Below are positions 11,001 to 23,563 of a stretch of DNA of 64,000 nt, piece after piece (the first letter of the stretch is position 1; every line of letters starts with the position of its first letter). The DNA is from Phaeosaccion multiseriatum (Eukaryota; Protista; Ochrophyta, other classes). The stretch is from the NCBI GenBank assembly GCA_965112735.1, contig OZ218951.1, forward strand, positions 4,278,001 through 4,342,000, written 5' to 3'. Below the pieces are notes generated by a model. The model was not told the origin of the DNA. It made no database searches and worked only from the letters and a program-made list of their open reading frames with translations. Made by a program: the position numbers and the translations under genes.

Positions 11001-13671
11001 AGTACCCCTCACTCACTCACTCACTCACCCACTCAGTACACTCTCACCCACTAACTTGCTCACTCGCTCACTCACTCAACTTACTCACTCACCTCTGACT
11101 CGCACTTGTTGACTGCAAGATGCACAGGCACCTTCTGCTGACGGAGGAACCTCGCAATCTGTCAATGGGGGGGGGGGGGGATGGCAGTCGATGGAAGGAT
11201 GGAAGGGTAGCATAGGAGGGTGAGGAGAAGGCACTGACTGAGGGGGATGGGACGGATGACGTCTCTCTCATCCTTCCTAATGCTGTGGACACGACAGACA
11301 CGACATGACATTCATCAGCAGCAGGCAGTAGACGGGAAGGAAGCCCAGCACCCCCATTCGCCTACCCATCTACCCACCTATGCACCCATCTACCCGCCTA
11401 CGCATCTACCTACCTACCTACCTACCCACCCACCCAAAAAGTAAAGCATACATGCAAGTAGGTCAAGTCAGTCAGTCAGTCAGTGAGGCTGTCAGTCACT
11501 CAGTGGGGTAGTCAGGCAGTATGTCAATGAAGCAGTCACCTGTTCGTCGAGGACGTTGAGCCCCCCCTGCCCGTCCACCACGAGGATGGCAGCTGACGCC
11601 TCCTCCAGCGCAATCATCGCTTGCTGCCGGATCTGAGGGAAGACACAAGGGTAGGGAAGTTGGTGATACAGGGTAGGGAAGTTGGTGATACAGGGTAGGG
11701 TAGTTGGTGTGCAGGGCAGGTGGGTGGGTGGGTGGGTGAGTGCGTGGGATGTGTGAGTGGGCACAGCGGTACAGCTCTCCCTCTCTCTGTGTGTGAGTGT
11801 GCATGTGTGTGTATGTGTGCATGTGTGTGTGTCTGTCTCTCTCCCTCTCTCACCTCGTCTGCAAAGACCTCGTCGGGATCGTCTTCGAACACAAGCCCCC
11901 CTGGGAGATTGGAGAGGAGGCAGGAGAGGAGCGGAGATAAAGGGAGTGGGGAGGAGAGGAGAAGAGAGGAGAGGGAGGAGGAGAGAGATTAAACGATGTT
12001 GTGGAAGTGTCAGACTGATCGACATGCGACCGTTGAGAAAAGAAGAGAGAAGTGAATGCGGGAGAGAGAAGAGAGAGAGAGAGAGAAGGGAAAGAGCACA
12101 GAGAGACAAGAGAGGAGAGGACAAGACAGGACGCGAGCTTACGTACGCACCGGTATCAACAATGTCAAACTCGTACTCGTTATGGTAGGCCCTCTTGTAT
12201 GTGCGGTCCCTGGTCACTCCGGGCTGATCGAACACAATGGAGCCGTCCTGGAAGCGCCTGGCCAGACGGTTCACAATGGCGCTCTGTTGGGGGATGGGGG
12301 TGAGAATGGGGAGGGGAAGGGAGGGTGGGAGAAAGGGGAGGGAAGGGGAGAGACGGGGGGAGGGGTGAGTGGGGGAGAAGCGGGAGAGGGGTAGAGTGGG
12401 GAGTTGTGGGTGGTGGAACACACAACAAACAGGGCAGCAGAGCAAGTAGAACCGGCTTGTACAGTGAACGCACGCACACACGCAAACACGCACGCACGCA
12501 CACACGCACCTTGCCCACGTTGGGCCTCCCAATGACAGCCACGACGGGGTACTTTCTCCTGTCCATAGGCCTGATGCCCCTCACTGGCTTGGGGGGGCCG
12601 AGGGACTGCGCCGAGGGGGGGGGAGGGGGGGGGGGTTGGGAGTCAGCAACAAACCAACGCGTTGCGAAAACCTATCCTACGAGCGCACAGGAGTCAAGAA
12701 CTCTCACGCAAGCCACTCATAGTCACAAACACCAGACACCTCCGCGCTCCTGTTGGGCCATTTGGATGGGGGGCCCCGCCCCCCTACCACCTGTAGCAAT
12801 CCTCCCCCTCCCCAAATACGACATGCCCCACATCATACACACATACACACACACACACACTCACGCACCCACACACCTTGAAGTCCTTGACGGGCGAGGA
12901 CCTGGCCGGGTCGGCCATCTCATCTGTGGGGACGTCGCCAATGGCCGGCGCAGGCTCGTCCTCCCAGGCCTCCATCTCGGCGCGGAGGTCTACGTATTCG
13001 TACTGCAAAGACTCGTCATCGTTGAAGGACGGCAAAGCGGCCTCGCGTGCAGCCTCGGCCGCCGCGACAGACGCCTTTGTGCCCCTCCTCCCTTTCCCCC
13101 CCTTGCCGCTTCTCCCACCGCCGCCCTCGTCGTCGTCCTCATCGTCTCCCTCCATTCCCTCTCCGTCTTCGTAGTCTTCGTACTCGTCTTCTCCGTCAAA
13201 GGTGTATTCCCCGTCCCCCCCCTCCAGGTCCTCATCACCCCAGAACCCCTCCGCTCCCTCCAAGGTGGTGGGTGCTGGAATCACCGCCTCGTCTTCGTCA
13301 TCGTCCCCATCATCATCGTGTCGGCCCTTTCGCTCGCGCCCCTGGCTAGCTCCCTGCGGTTTCTTCCCTCCTCCCTTGGTCACCACCCCCCGTGCCATTT
13401 CCAGCCTCGTCCTTCTTCGTCTCCTCATGCCTGCAAAGCCTGGCAAGCACTGGCCTTCCTCCCTCAAGATCCTGCCCCTTGCAGCTTCGTCCATCCATCC
13501 TTTCCCTCTGACGGCCGCAGTCCCTCCACTCTTGCCTTTGCATGCGGTGGAAGAAGTTGAAGTGCTCGAGGGCCTCACTCTCCCTCCAGGAGTGACAGTT
13601 ATCCATGCTTGCCCCAGACTGAGTCCGAGCGCTAGCGTACCCGCCGCCAAGCTCACCCTACAGGGAGACAT
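7938..13671 (-). CDS. der: Plastid-targeted ribosome biogenesis GTPase Der/EngA (~13 exons)
   Basis: Two G domains ([18 protein letters not shown]; [28 protein letters not shown]) and a KH-like end ([13 protein letters not shown]...[15 protein letters not shown]). Signal peptide followed by GQA-W plastid motif. Confidence 0.93.
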
Positions 13672-13821
13672 ACCGCCACAACAACCAGCGATCCTCTGAC
13701 GAAGAGAGGGGGGTGCTCTTGTGTGGTCAACAGCAGCTCAGCCCAACAGCAGTTGGTGATCCAAAATCGTTGCCATCTGAATCCGTCTCCTCCGCCGCAC
13801 TGCTATATGATCAAACGAAGT

Positions 13822-15468
13822 ATGCAGAGGGCATTTAGCAACGAGGTAAGGCCCCTTCCTCCTCTTCTCTGTGCCGATCTCCTTAGCTACACACTCACCC
13901 TCTCCCATTGATGTTGCTGCCCCTTGTGGCAGGCCGCTCGTCTTCATGAGGCCATCACAGGCGGTCAGAGCGTTAGACAGGTACAAAAAGCCGTGAGGGC
14001 CCTCGTCACTAAGAACGGAGGGCGGAGGACATGCTTGGACGAGCCTCTCGATGAGGCAGGACGCCTTCCTCTGCTCACAGCTTTGCGACACAGGAGGAAT
14101 GACATCGCTGCTCTTTTGCTGCAAGAGGGGGCCTCGCCGAATGGTGCGGACCCTTCAAGTGGCATCACTGGGTTGATATTTGCATGTTCTCTTCCAGATG
14201 CTGCTGTTGTACAACATCTGCTCTCTGCTGGGGCTGACGTCGATGGAAGAGCCAAGAATAGAATTACGGCTCTCATGCAGGCTTCCCAGCTCGGGGCCAT
14301 TGTGGTGGTGCACAAGCTTCTCTCAGCTGGTGCCAGCGTGAATTTGGCTGACAGTACCGGCCATACGGCGTTGATGAAGGCCTCGAATGGAGGCCAACAC
14401 GGAGTGGTGCAGCAGCTGCTATCAGCTGGTGCGGAGCCCAATCGGGCCACTGTAAAGGAGGGCCATACGGCGCTCATGACGGCCTCGTTTCAAGGGCATG
14501 ACAGGGTAGTCCAGCAGCTGCTTTCTGCCGGCGCCGAGATCGAACAGGCAACTCCGGAATACTCAACGGCTTTGTTTTCCGCCTCCTTCAATGGGCATCA
14601 TGCGGTGGTGCAGCGGCTACTATCGGCAGGCGCTGATCCCAACCACGCGCATTACAGAAATGCATCAGTTGGCACCCCCCTGGTGATAGCCGCACAAAAG
14701 GGACACCACAGGATCACGCAGTTGCTGCTCACCGCCGGGGCAAATGTGAATGAGGCAGCCAGCGACGTATGGTATCCGCTCTGTGCTGCAAGCCATTATG
14801 GACGTGGCATTGTGGTGGATCAGCTCATCGCAGCCGGCGCTGAACTCGAAGCGCGCATAGGTGAGCAGGGGAGAACTGCGTTGATGACAGCATCTTTTGA
14901 AGGGCACAGAAGCATTGTGCGAAAGCTGCTCAGGGCGGGTGCGGAGGTGAATACGACGAGTGACGAGGAAGTTGGAGCTGGAGCGATACACCTGGCATCT
15001 CAATGTGGTCATGCTCGTGTCGTGGAGGAGCTCATCGCAGGAGGTGCCGAAGTAGACATGCTGGACGGCGACGGGGCTACAGCTTTGGTGGCGGCTAGTC
15101 TGCATTGTCGTGAGGCAGTGATCCGTGTACTCCTGTCTGCGGGGGCTGATCCTGACAGTGCGGGCAGTAGCTACCCCGTAACGCCTTTGCTTGCTGCGGC
15201 ACAACAAGGCCACAGCGGGGCGGCGCTGGAGCTACTCTCTGGAGGAGCCTCACTGGCAAAGGCCCTGACAGTGGCCCGAGGACATGTCGATGGAGGCCCC
15301 TTTGTTGAATTCCTCCTTGCCGCGGACAGACATCTCTTTGCGTCACAAAGCGCGTTGGACCTGATGCGGGGCACTGACCGTCTCTTTGGCAAGGAAGGGA
15401 GGCTGAAGGTATCGCAGAGAGAGGTTAGCCCTGAGGTGCTGCAGGAGGTGGCGGAGGAGATGGCATGA
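13822..15468 (+). CDS. Ankyrin-repeat protein, paralog B (2 exons: 13822-13845, 13933-15468)
   Basis: About 12-13 ANK repeats. Micro-exon MQRAFSNE plus GT-AG intron. C-terminus nearly identical to paralog A. Confidence 0.9.
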
Positions 15469-16373
15469 TGAAAGGAGCGTGGGTATCTCGCCTGCGGTGT
15501 GGAGTCGGCGCTGGGAAGGTGAAGTGGTGGGGGCGTGAGCCGAGGAAGAGAGGAAGAGAAGCTGGGGTACTACTCATGAGGACCTCAGCCCCACTCCTCG
15601 GATGCGTGCAAGTAGGTCGAAGGCACCAACGCGAGTGGAGCTAAGGCCCCACCACGAAGTAGAGTGGGAGGCCAGCGGGTGAAGGGATAGGAGGGGGGGT
15701 GCTTGTATCATGTAGGATAGTGAAAGATGCGGGATCAGTGAGCGGATAATTGATGTGATCGGCGAGTACTTGCCCTACTACACGCTTGGCAACGGCTGGT
15801 GGGGTGGATCTGCTCCCAGGGGTGGATAATATGAGGAGCATAGTTTCGCCCCAAGGGCCGTGTACTTAGCTATCATAGCGATGGGGGCTTTCCTTTGTGC
15901 TCTGTTAACAAAAGCGACATTGCACACTTGCTATGAGGTAGGGCTCCCAAAGACCAGTTACTGACTTACTGTCCCTCAAGGGGGGGGCGGACATTGGACC
16001 TTTAACGTGTCGGCGTCGGTGTACGATCTTCGCTTGTCAATGACAACGTGGAGAGCTGAGCCCGAGGGTAGGTGGAAAGGGTTGGCGAATTGGGCATACA
16101 ACCAACAGGCGCACATACAGAGAGCTCTGCTGTGCGGATGAGAGGGGCCAGAGGGGGACCCAACCAAGAGTCTTTCTCTCTCTCTCCAGCCGCCCCCCCC
16201 CCCCCCCACACACACACACACACACACTTCTCAGCCCTCTCCGGCCGCGACATAACTAGTGAGTTCTCTGCCCCAACAGCCAACAGCCGTGTGTGTGCGC
16301 GTGTGCGGTGTGTGTGTGCAGCCTGTTACCCCGGAGGACGGAGGAGAGTCACCATCTTGTGTCTTCCTCACAA

Positions 16374-19300
16374 TCAATGGGCGTCAACGTCGATGCCCAA
16401 GTCTCTAGCCAACGCCTCCACCATCCGCTCCCACCTCCTTGTATCAGCTACGGCCAACTGCGAAGTCAGGTAGGCAAGGCTCACCTCCCTCCCCTCCCAG
16501 CGGCACCACGCCACCCCGCCTCCACCTCCGTCGACAAGCCCCACGCAGGAGTCGAAGAAGACGCCTCTCTGCCTCCACACAGGGGCGCCTTTCATCTTTT
16601 TCTTTTTCTTCTTGTTGTCCTTAGTGCTCTTGGGCGTCGTCCTCGTTGGGCCTCCGGCCACACCGCCGCCCCCTTGGGAATCACCTTGTTCCTGCTGTCC
16701 CTTCCAGTGCTGCTGCCGCTGCTGCTCCTTGGATGCCAAATAACCCTCCTCCTCTTGTTCCCACTCATCGGGATCGTATGCAGGCGAAGAGGGCGCCCAT
16801 TCTTCGTCCTCGACTCTCTTCACCGCAGCTTCTCGCGCTCGCCACTCCCTGCCCTCCTCCCCCTCCTCCTTCCCCTCCCCCTTCTCCTCCTCCTCCTTCT
16901 TCTCCTGTTCCCTGAGTGCAGCGACGGCAGTGGAATTGAGTGGGCGAGGATCCATGGACAGCAGCCCTTCTCTGCCGAGCCTCGCGAAGCCAAAGCTCCC
17001 CTCCCCATTCGCACTTGCCCCAAGGCCTCCGCCTGTCGGATCGCTACTTGACCCCCTTCCCAGTAGGACGTCGCGCGTTGCTTCTGTAACCAACTGCATG
17101 TATGTGTGTGTGTGTGAGTGTGCGTGTGTGTGTGTGTGGGTGGGTGTGTGTGAGTGTGTGTGTGTGTGTGCGTGTGTGTGTGTGTGTGTGGGTGTGTGCG
17201 TGCGTGTGTGCGTGTGGTCGTGTGTGTGGGCGTGAGTGTGTGTGTGTGAGAGAGGGTGTGTGTGCATGTGTGTGCACGTATGTGTGTGTTTGCACATGCG
17301 CACGGGGGAAACGGAAAGCAAGGACGGCACACGATGGATGTGACGGAGTGTGAAGGGTGAGAGCTGAGGGGCGGGTGACGGAGAGGACAAAGGACAACGA
17401 TGACAACCCAACTCGGACTACAACGGACCCAATTATCACCGCAAACGTACCCGCAGCCTCGAGGGCAGAGAACCGCCCCCCCACCCACCCACCCCTACCC
17501 CCACCCCTACCCCCACACACATATAAGCTTAATAAGCTTACGTACCGTGGCCGAGGCCAGACCATGCATAAGGGCGGACAGGTCCTCTGCGGAGGCGAGT
17601 CCGAGCTGCCCCGGTGCCTCCTTCACGCCCCAAGCGGCTCCTGCAGACTGGAGAGCGGAGTTCAGCCTCCTGCATAAGTGGGTAGCCAGGGAAGGTTGAG
17701 GGAGGGGAAGGTGGAGGGGAGGGGGAGGGGATGGGGGGAGTTGGTAGTGATTGGGAGTGGTTGGGAGTGGTTGGGGGTGATAGTGCCGAAACGGACACAA
17801 ACATACTCACTCACACACACAGAGAGAGATACACACTCATACGCACTCACACCACGGCTCACCTCGCCTTGCGATTGTCCGGCAGGGCTCCGGCGGCGGC
17901 GATGGCAAGTGCCACAGACGAAGAATCGATATCGACTTTGTCGACATTGACACCCATAATACTATAGAGGGCCGAGGAAATGGAAGAAAACAGCCCCTTC
18001 GGAGAGGAGGAGGAGCAGTAGGAGGGGGAGGGGGAGAAGAAGAGAGAAGATAACAGAGAGGACAGGATAGAGAGCCCCCCCTCGCAGCGCTCCTCCACCT
18101 CCGCGGTTTTGGAATCGGTCAAGAAGTCCGCCCTGCAGACAAAGAGCTTGACAAAGCGGTTGGAGGAGGACAGGAGCAGCTGAGGAGAGTAGCGCAGAAG
18201 CCACGTCCACACGGGCAAGTCGTACAGGAGGGGGATATTCGAGCAGCAGCTCCATCCACTCCTATCCTCCTCCTCCTTCTCCTCCTCCTCTTCCTCCTCC
18301 TCCTCCTCCACCTCCTCCTCCTCCTTCTTGTTCTTCTTCTTCTTCTTCTTCTTCTTCTTCTTCTCCTCCTTCCTCTCCTTCCACGCCGGTCCTGATGAGA
18401 GGATAGCGACGTCCCACACTCGACATCCCTCAAGCGCTCTTGTCATGGCGGCAAGCGTAGCAGCAGACGCAAGAATTGGTGATTCAGCAGCAGCGGACGC
18501 ACCAGCTGCTGTAGACGCCTTTCGAGCGCTGCTTTGCACAAGGCTGCAGAGTGAGCCACCACCTCCACCCCCACCCCCCTCACCCCCAAGTTGCTGCCCC
18601 TCTTGCAGTTGCAGGGACACACCCCTACCACCCCCGTCCTGCTCGTCTATGCTGCTGCTGCTGCTGCTGCTGCTGGTGGTGGTGGAGGAGGAGGAGGACG
18701 AGACCCTTCGAACAAACTCGCCCAACACCAGTCCGTCGGCAAAGCTACGAGGGGGCAACGGTATGACGGTGCTGGCTAAGTAGTCTGTTCTCCCCCCATA
18801 CAAGAGCCTCGCACTTTGCAGCCTCTCCATCAACAGGGCTGCTGCTCCTGTTGGGCCATCGCTATCGTCCACTTCGCTGCTGCCCGACCCCCAACCCCTC
18901 TCTCCTTCCTTCACCTCGAACCGCTGCTCCATGATGTTTTGGACAGTTACGTCTGACTGCGAGGAGGAGGACGAAGGACGGGGGGAGAGGGGTGGGGTTT
19001 GCTACCATCAGCGACCATCCGCTCCCCAAAGCTGTCATGATCCCCTCCTTTGCCTACTGAGAAGCAAGCCTGAGCGTGCAAACTCAAGCACGTACATACC
19101 AAGCACCTAAGTATGGACACGTCCTTACCTTCCCGCCCACTGCGAAGCCTGGCCAGTGCTTGTCAATGGGATCTGCCCACTCCACGAGTCCTGGGCAGAA
19201 AGTAGAGTAGTGGCAGGGGCGGGAGAAGGAGGAGGAGCAGCGGCAGCGGCAGGAGGAAGAGGAGGAGGAGAAGGATCATGAGAAGGAGGGGGGATGCATA

Positions 19301-20284
19301 AGTTGAGGAGGAGGAGGAGGAGGAGGAGGAGGAGGAGGAGGAGGAGGCAGTAGGACGTAAGAGGGACATACACACACATCCCTCACCCTCATCCACGAGT
19401 ATCCCCAGAGCAAGCGCCTCGTACAGCCCTCCGAGAGAGAGGAGCGCGAAGGGCGTGTCAAGCGTCACGGGGGAGGGCGGGGTGGACAGCCACCTGGAGA
19501 GGGGGGGACGTAGATGGCGGCAGAGGGGGCGCAGGCAGCGGCAGCACCACCATAAGCAGAGGGGCGCGGGAGGGCAGGAGGGGAGAGGGACGGGGAGAGA
19601 GGGGGGGACTGGTAGCAGCAGCAACAGCGGCAGCAGTAGGGCTAGCCAGTGGGGGGACCCCTCTTCTTTCCCACTCCACTTTCCAGAGAGTCTCTGTAGC
19701 AGAGAAATATGATGAGTGTGTACTGGTGTGGCCTGCTAACTTACTTTCCACCCCAACCTTCCCTGGTAAGTGTTCCGGCCGCCACGCTGACTGCCAGTTT
19801 GCCATCCACGTGAGCGGCGAAGGAGGACCCCACTTCATGCCCCTCGGAGTGCAGAGCTGCAAAGGCCTCGTGCGTGCGAGGGTAGTCCACTGCCACCCAG
19901 CGTAGCCGCGAGAGGAGGAGGGGCAGCGAGTGCGAGTGCGAGTGGACCGCAGGAAAGGAAAGGCGCGGGTCAAAAGTGCCCACCAAAACAGCATCCTTCC
20001 TTTCCCTCTCCCCCCCCCCAACCACACCGACCTGCTGCGTCTGGCGGTCCGCCGATGCTAAGATTCTTCGGCGCTGGGCAGGAGCCTAGAATCATGCACC
20101 GCCAAGTGCTGTAGGGAGGGCTTTGCTCGAGCAGCCGGACGACAATGCCCAAGAAGCACACCAAAATGTAGAACCTGTTCTCTCCCGACAAAGGAGCAGC
20201 AGAGGCTGTTCCACGTTTCCCTCGCTGTTGCCGGGACGACGGCCGCCCCTGCGGACCGTTCGGCCGCTCCTGCCGTGAAGACAT
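16374..20284 (-). CDS. Beta-lactamase/serine-hydrolase-fold protein with low-complexity insertions, probably catalytically altered (multi-exon)
   Basis: Spliced pieces [82 protein letters not shown] and C-terminal GGGGVAWC...SLAYLTSQ...[12 protein letters not shown] follow the class C/EstB order. N-terminal hydrophobic anchor. Some junctions are uncertain. Confidence 0.65.
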
Positions 20285-20467
20285 GCTACGCTTACGCCAT
20301 TTAAATAGATCGGATCAGGCAGCGAAGAAGGTGTTGTACCTCTGCATCCAGCCTTGGTTACAGATGACAACTCGTCACTCCTCTTCTTTTCTCAAAAGTC
20401 AATAAATACCCTCATTTTCCTCCGCGATCATTTTCTTCCATCGAGACAGCGTGTACAACCGCAGCCC

Positions 20468-21901
20468 ATGGGTAGGCAGAGGGGAAAGAAGGCCGCGGAG
20501 GCAGCATCCGCCCTGGCAGCTGAGGCCGCTGCAGCTGCAGCAGCTGCAAGAAGTAACTGGTCGCCGTTTGCGAAGGCCACGGTGGCATGGGGTTACACAG
20601 TCATGGTGTACGCAATAGTGGTTGCGGTGTGGCGGGTGTACCACGGCGAGGCCGTCTTGCTCGATGTGGTGGCCTGGAAGCGAGCCATGTTCGCCCTTGT
20701 GTTCGTGGAGGCCACGAAGTACTTGGCGACAAACGAATCGAGCATGGAGGGGTGGGCGGAGGTTCTGTACGGCATCATTTGTGTGTTCATTGGCGTGCTT
20801 GCTGCCAACACGTACAACCGCCTCATTCGCGGCAACTCACACAAGCAGACGAGCATGGAGGGCAAGGTGGTGCTTGTGACAGGGGCGAACTCGGGCATTG
20901 GGCTGGAGACGGCGAAGGAGTTGATGCGCATGGGCGCCTACGTGGTCTTCGCGTGCCGCACGGAGGAGAAGGCTCGGGAGGCCATCCTGGGGGCCATCAA
21001 GGAGCTCAAGCAGGAGATTCAAAAGGTCGGGGTGAAGAGCGGCCCCACCGACGACAGGCCTTCTGCCAAGGGAGTGGGCATCTTTATGAAGCTGGACATG
21101 TCCGACCTCGACAGTGTGCGAGCATTTGCGCAGGAGCTCAACTCGCAGCAGCACCTCAAGATTGACGTGCTCGTCCTCAACGCAGGGCTGATTGGGGGCT
21201 CCCGCCGGGAGGAGAGTGCTGCAGATGGCTTGGAGACGACCATCGGAGTGAACCACCTTGCCCACTTCCTGCTCACCAACTTGCTCCTCAACAAGATGGA
21301 GAGTAGCACCGACCCTCGCGTGGTGGTGGTATCCTCGGTGTACCACAAATACGGCAAGATAGACTGGGACGACCTCCTCATGAAGCAGAACTGGAGCGCC
21401 TTCCGCGCATACTGCAGCTCCAAGCTTATGAATGTCATGTTCGCCACAGAGCTCCAGCGCCGACTCGACCTTGGCAACAAATTCGACAACAAGGAGGGCA
21501 ACACCAGCAGCGGCAATGGGAGCAGCAACGGGAGCAGCAGCAGCGGCCGCAGCTCGGGCAGCAGGCTGTGGAAGGGCACCAACAGATGCATAGTCCACTC
21601 TGTGCACCCGGGGCTGGTCATGACAAGCATCACCAAAAACATGAACCCGGTGCTACGGTTCGGGTATTGGCTCGTCACTCCCCTCATGCTGCTGCTGCAG
21701 AAGAGGCCCAAGCAGGGGGCTTATGGGGTGGTGCACTGTACCACCAACGCGGAGCTCAGGGAGGTCGGGCACGGCGGATTGTTCTTTAGCAATCTCCTCC
21801 CCATGCCGATGCATGAGATGTGCGAAGATGAGGAGGCGTGTGCGAGGCTGTGGGACGCGTCGGCGGCGCTGGTGGGCCTCGAGGGTAAGAAAAAGTCATA
21901 A
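20468..21901 (+). CDS. Membrane-anchored short-chain dehydrogenase/reductase (retinol dehydrogenase/WWOX-like), intronless
   Basis: VTGANSGIG, VLNAG, NHLAHFLL, VVVVSS, YCSSK (YxxxK) and HPGLV motifs; N-terminal hydrophobic helices. Confidence 0.92.
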   Translation: MGRQRGKKAAEAASALAAEAAAAAAAARSNWSPFAKATVAWGYTVMVYAIVVAVWRVYHGEAVLLDVVAWKRAMFALVFVEATKYLATNESSMEGWAEVLYGIICVFIGVLAANTYNRLIRGNSHKQTSMEGKVVLVTGANSGIGLETAKELMRMGAYVVFACRTEEKAREAILGAIKELKQEIQKVGVKSGPTDDRPSAKGVGIFMKLDMSDLDSVRAFAQELNSQQHLKIDVLVLNAGLIGGSRREESAADGLETTIGVNHLAHFLLTNLLLNKMESSTDPRVVVVSSVYHKYGKIDWDDLLMKQNWSAFRAYCSSKLMNVMFATELQRRLDLGNKFDNKEGNTSSGNGSSNGSSSSGRSSGSRLWKGTNRCIVHSVHPGLVMTSITKNMNPVLRFGYWLVTPLMLLLQKRPKQGAYGVVHCTTNAELREVGHGGLFFSNLLPMPMHEMCEDEEACARLWDASAALVGLEGKKKS

Positions 21902-23196
21902 CAAGATTCGGCAAGCGGCCTATGCTTGTTGTAGCAGTTGGTGGTACAGCAGCATGTGGGGATGTACAGCAGCAAGCGCCGCAGCATCAGGAGCAGCAAG
22001 CAGCGGCAGCAGCGGCAGCAGCAGTAGCAGTAGCAGTAGCAGTAGCAGTTGGCAGCACGGCAGCACTAGCAGTTGGTGATACAGCAGCAGCATTGCGTGG
22101 GTTACGGGCGCTCAGGGACACGGGGTCGATAGAGGGTATGGTGCAATGGCTTGCACACAGCTTCCTCTGCTGGAGAGTGTGCGTGCCAGTGCTCCCTACC
22201 CTCCGTCTGAGGCGAGAAGAAGGTGGGGCCACTCTCTTCTTGCGTGTGTGAGAGTGGTGGAGGGGGTCGGGGGGGGAGGGAAGCTTGAAGAACGTAGGTC
22301 GGCTAGTCGGTCAGTTCTGTCTACATTGTTGTACCAGTCTGTCTGTCTGTCTGTCTGTCTGTCAGAGTGTGTGGAGGAGAGGTGGTTAGATACAGAGCAA
22401 TATATAGCCAACATTTACACCCCTCACCACGGTCTCTCATCCAGAGAGGCCTGTGAGAGGGGAGCGGTCGATGATAAGTGTGAGTGCGTCGAAGATACGA
22501 TAGATTGGCACTCTTGCTCGCCGCTTCTCTCTCTCTGTGCGTGCATTCGTGGGTGGGTGCGTGGGTGCGTGTGGGTGGGTGGGTGGGTGGGTGTGTTTGT
22601 ATCTCGGTAGGTTGCCTCTCCTGGTCCCAAACGGGTATGTCATGGTATGGGCCTGGCCGGGGCTTGCGGCATCGAACACGCCCGGGCGGGTTCTATAATG
22701 AAGCAGTGTGTAGGTAGGGAGGTAGGTACGTCGATGGGTAGGTAGGTAGGTAGGTATGCCTCAAAAGATTTACAGCTTTACTGTAGCACAGAAGGAGCGT
22801 AGACTAGAAAAAACCTCAAAAATTATTTGATATTAATTTTACCTTACGTGTGCAACGCCCCAACCCCGCCTGGACTGGGCCGCCGTGTGCCGACTACCCC
22901 TTCCTGCGGTACACAATTGTACCGTCCTGCCCTCTCTCTCGCACACATCGACGCCTTTGCATCACAACACACTCAACCCCTCACCGCAACCGAACCAAAA
23001 AAAATTGAGCAGCAGACAATACTAATGAAACATTCACAGGAGCGTAAGGACTCATGATTAGGACACACCGTACCTGGCTCTACTCTCATCCTCTTACTCT
23101 GCTCTGATCCTCTCCTCCTAATAGTCGTACTCTGACACTCTGCCCTGATGCTCTTCGGCTCTCGCGGTGCACGGTACCGGTGGGCTCGCCTCCCTT

Positions 23197-23255
23197 ATCC
23201 TGACACCCCTTGTCTTGACACCCCTTGTCCTGACACCCCCTGTCCTGACACCCTC
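23197..23255. repeat. 15-bp tandem repeat (TGTCCTGACACCCCT-like) x4
   Basis: Directly visible. The same core recurs at about 43510, 54792, 54816 and 61126. Confidence 0.8.
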
Positions 23256-23563
23256 CCCCTCCCCTCTGCCCTGTTCTGCTCAACTCTGCTCAGCTAACTT
23301 TGTCTCCTCCAGTCTTAACGTTACAAACTGTACATCCGACTGACGCCCAACCCAATGTTGGGAACGAATCAGTTTCACTCCACACTCCATCCCTCCCCCC
23401 CTTGGGACAAAACCGTGTTTGTCCCCAAACCCCCCAATATTCATTTCCCCTCTGACAATAACTAAACTAAGCAACAAAAACTCTGCCCACCCCGCCCAAG
23501 TCGCCACCCCGTCACCCCCACCCCGTCCCTTCCCCGCCACGGCCCTATTCCCAACCAAGGTTG

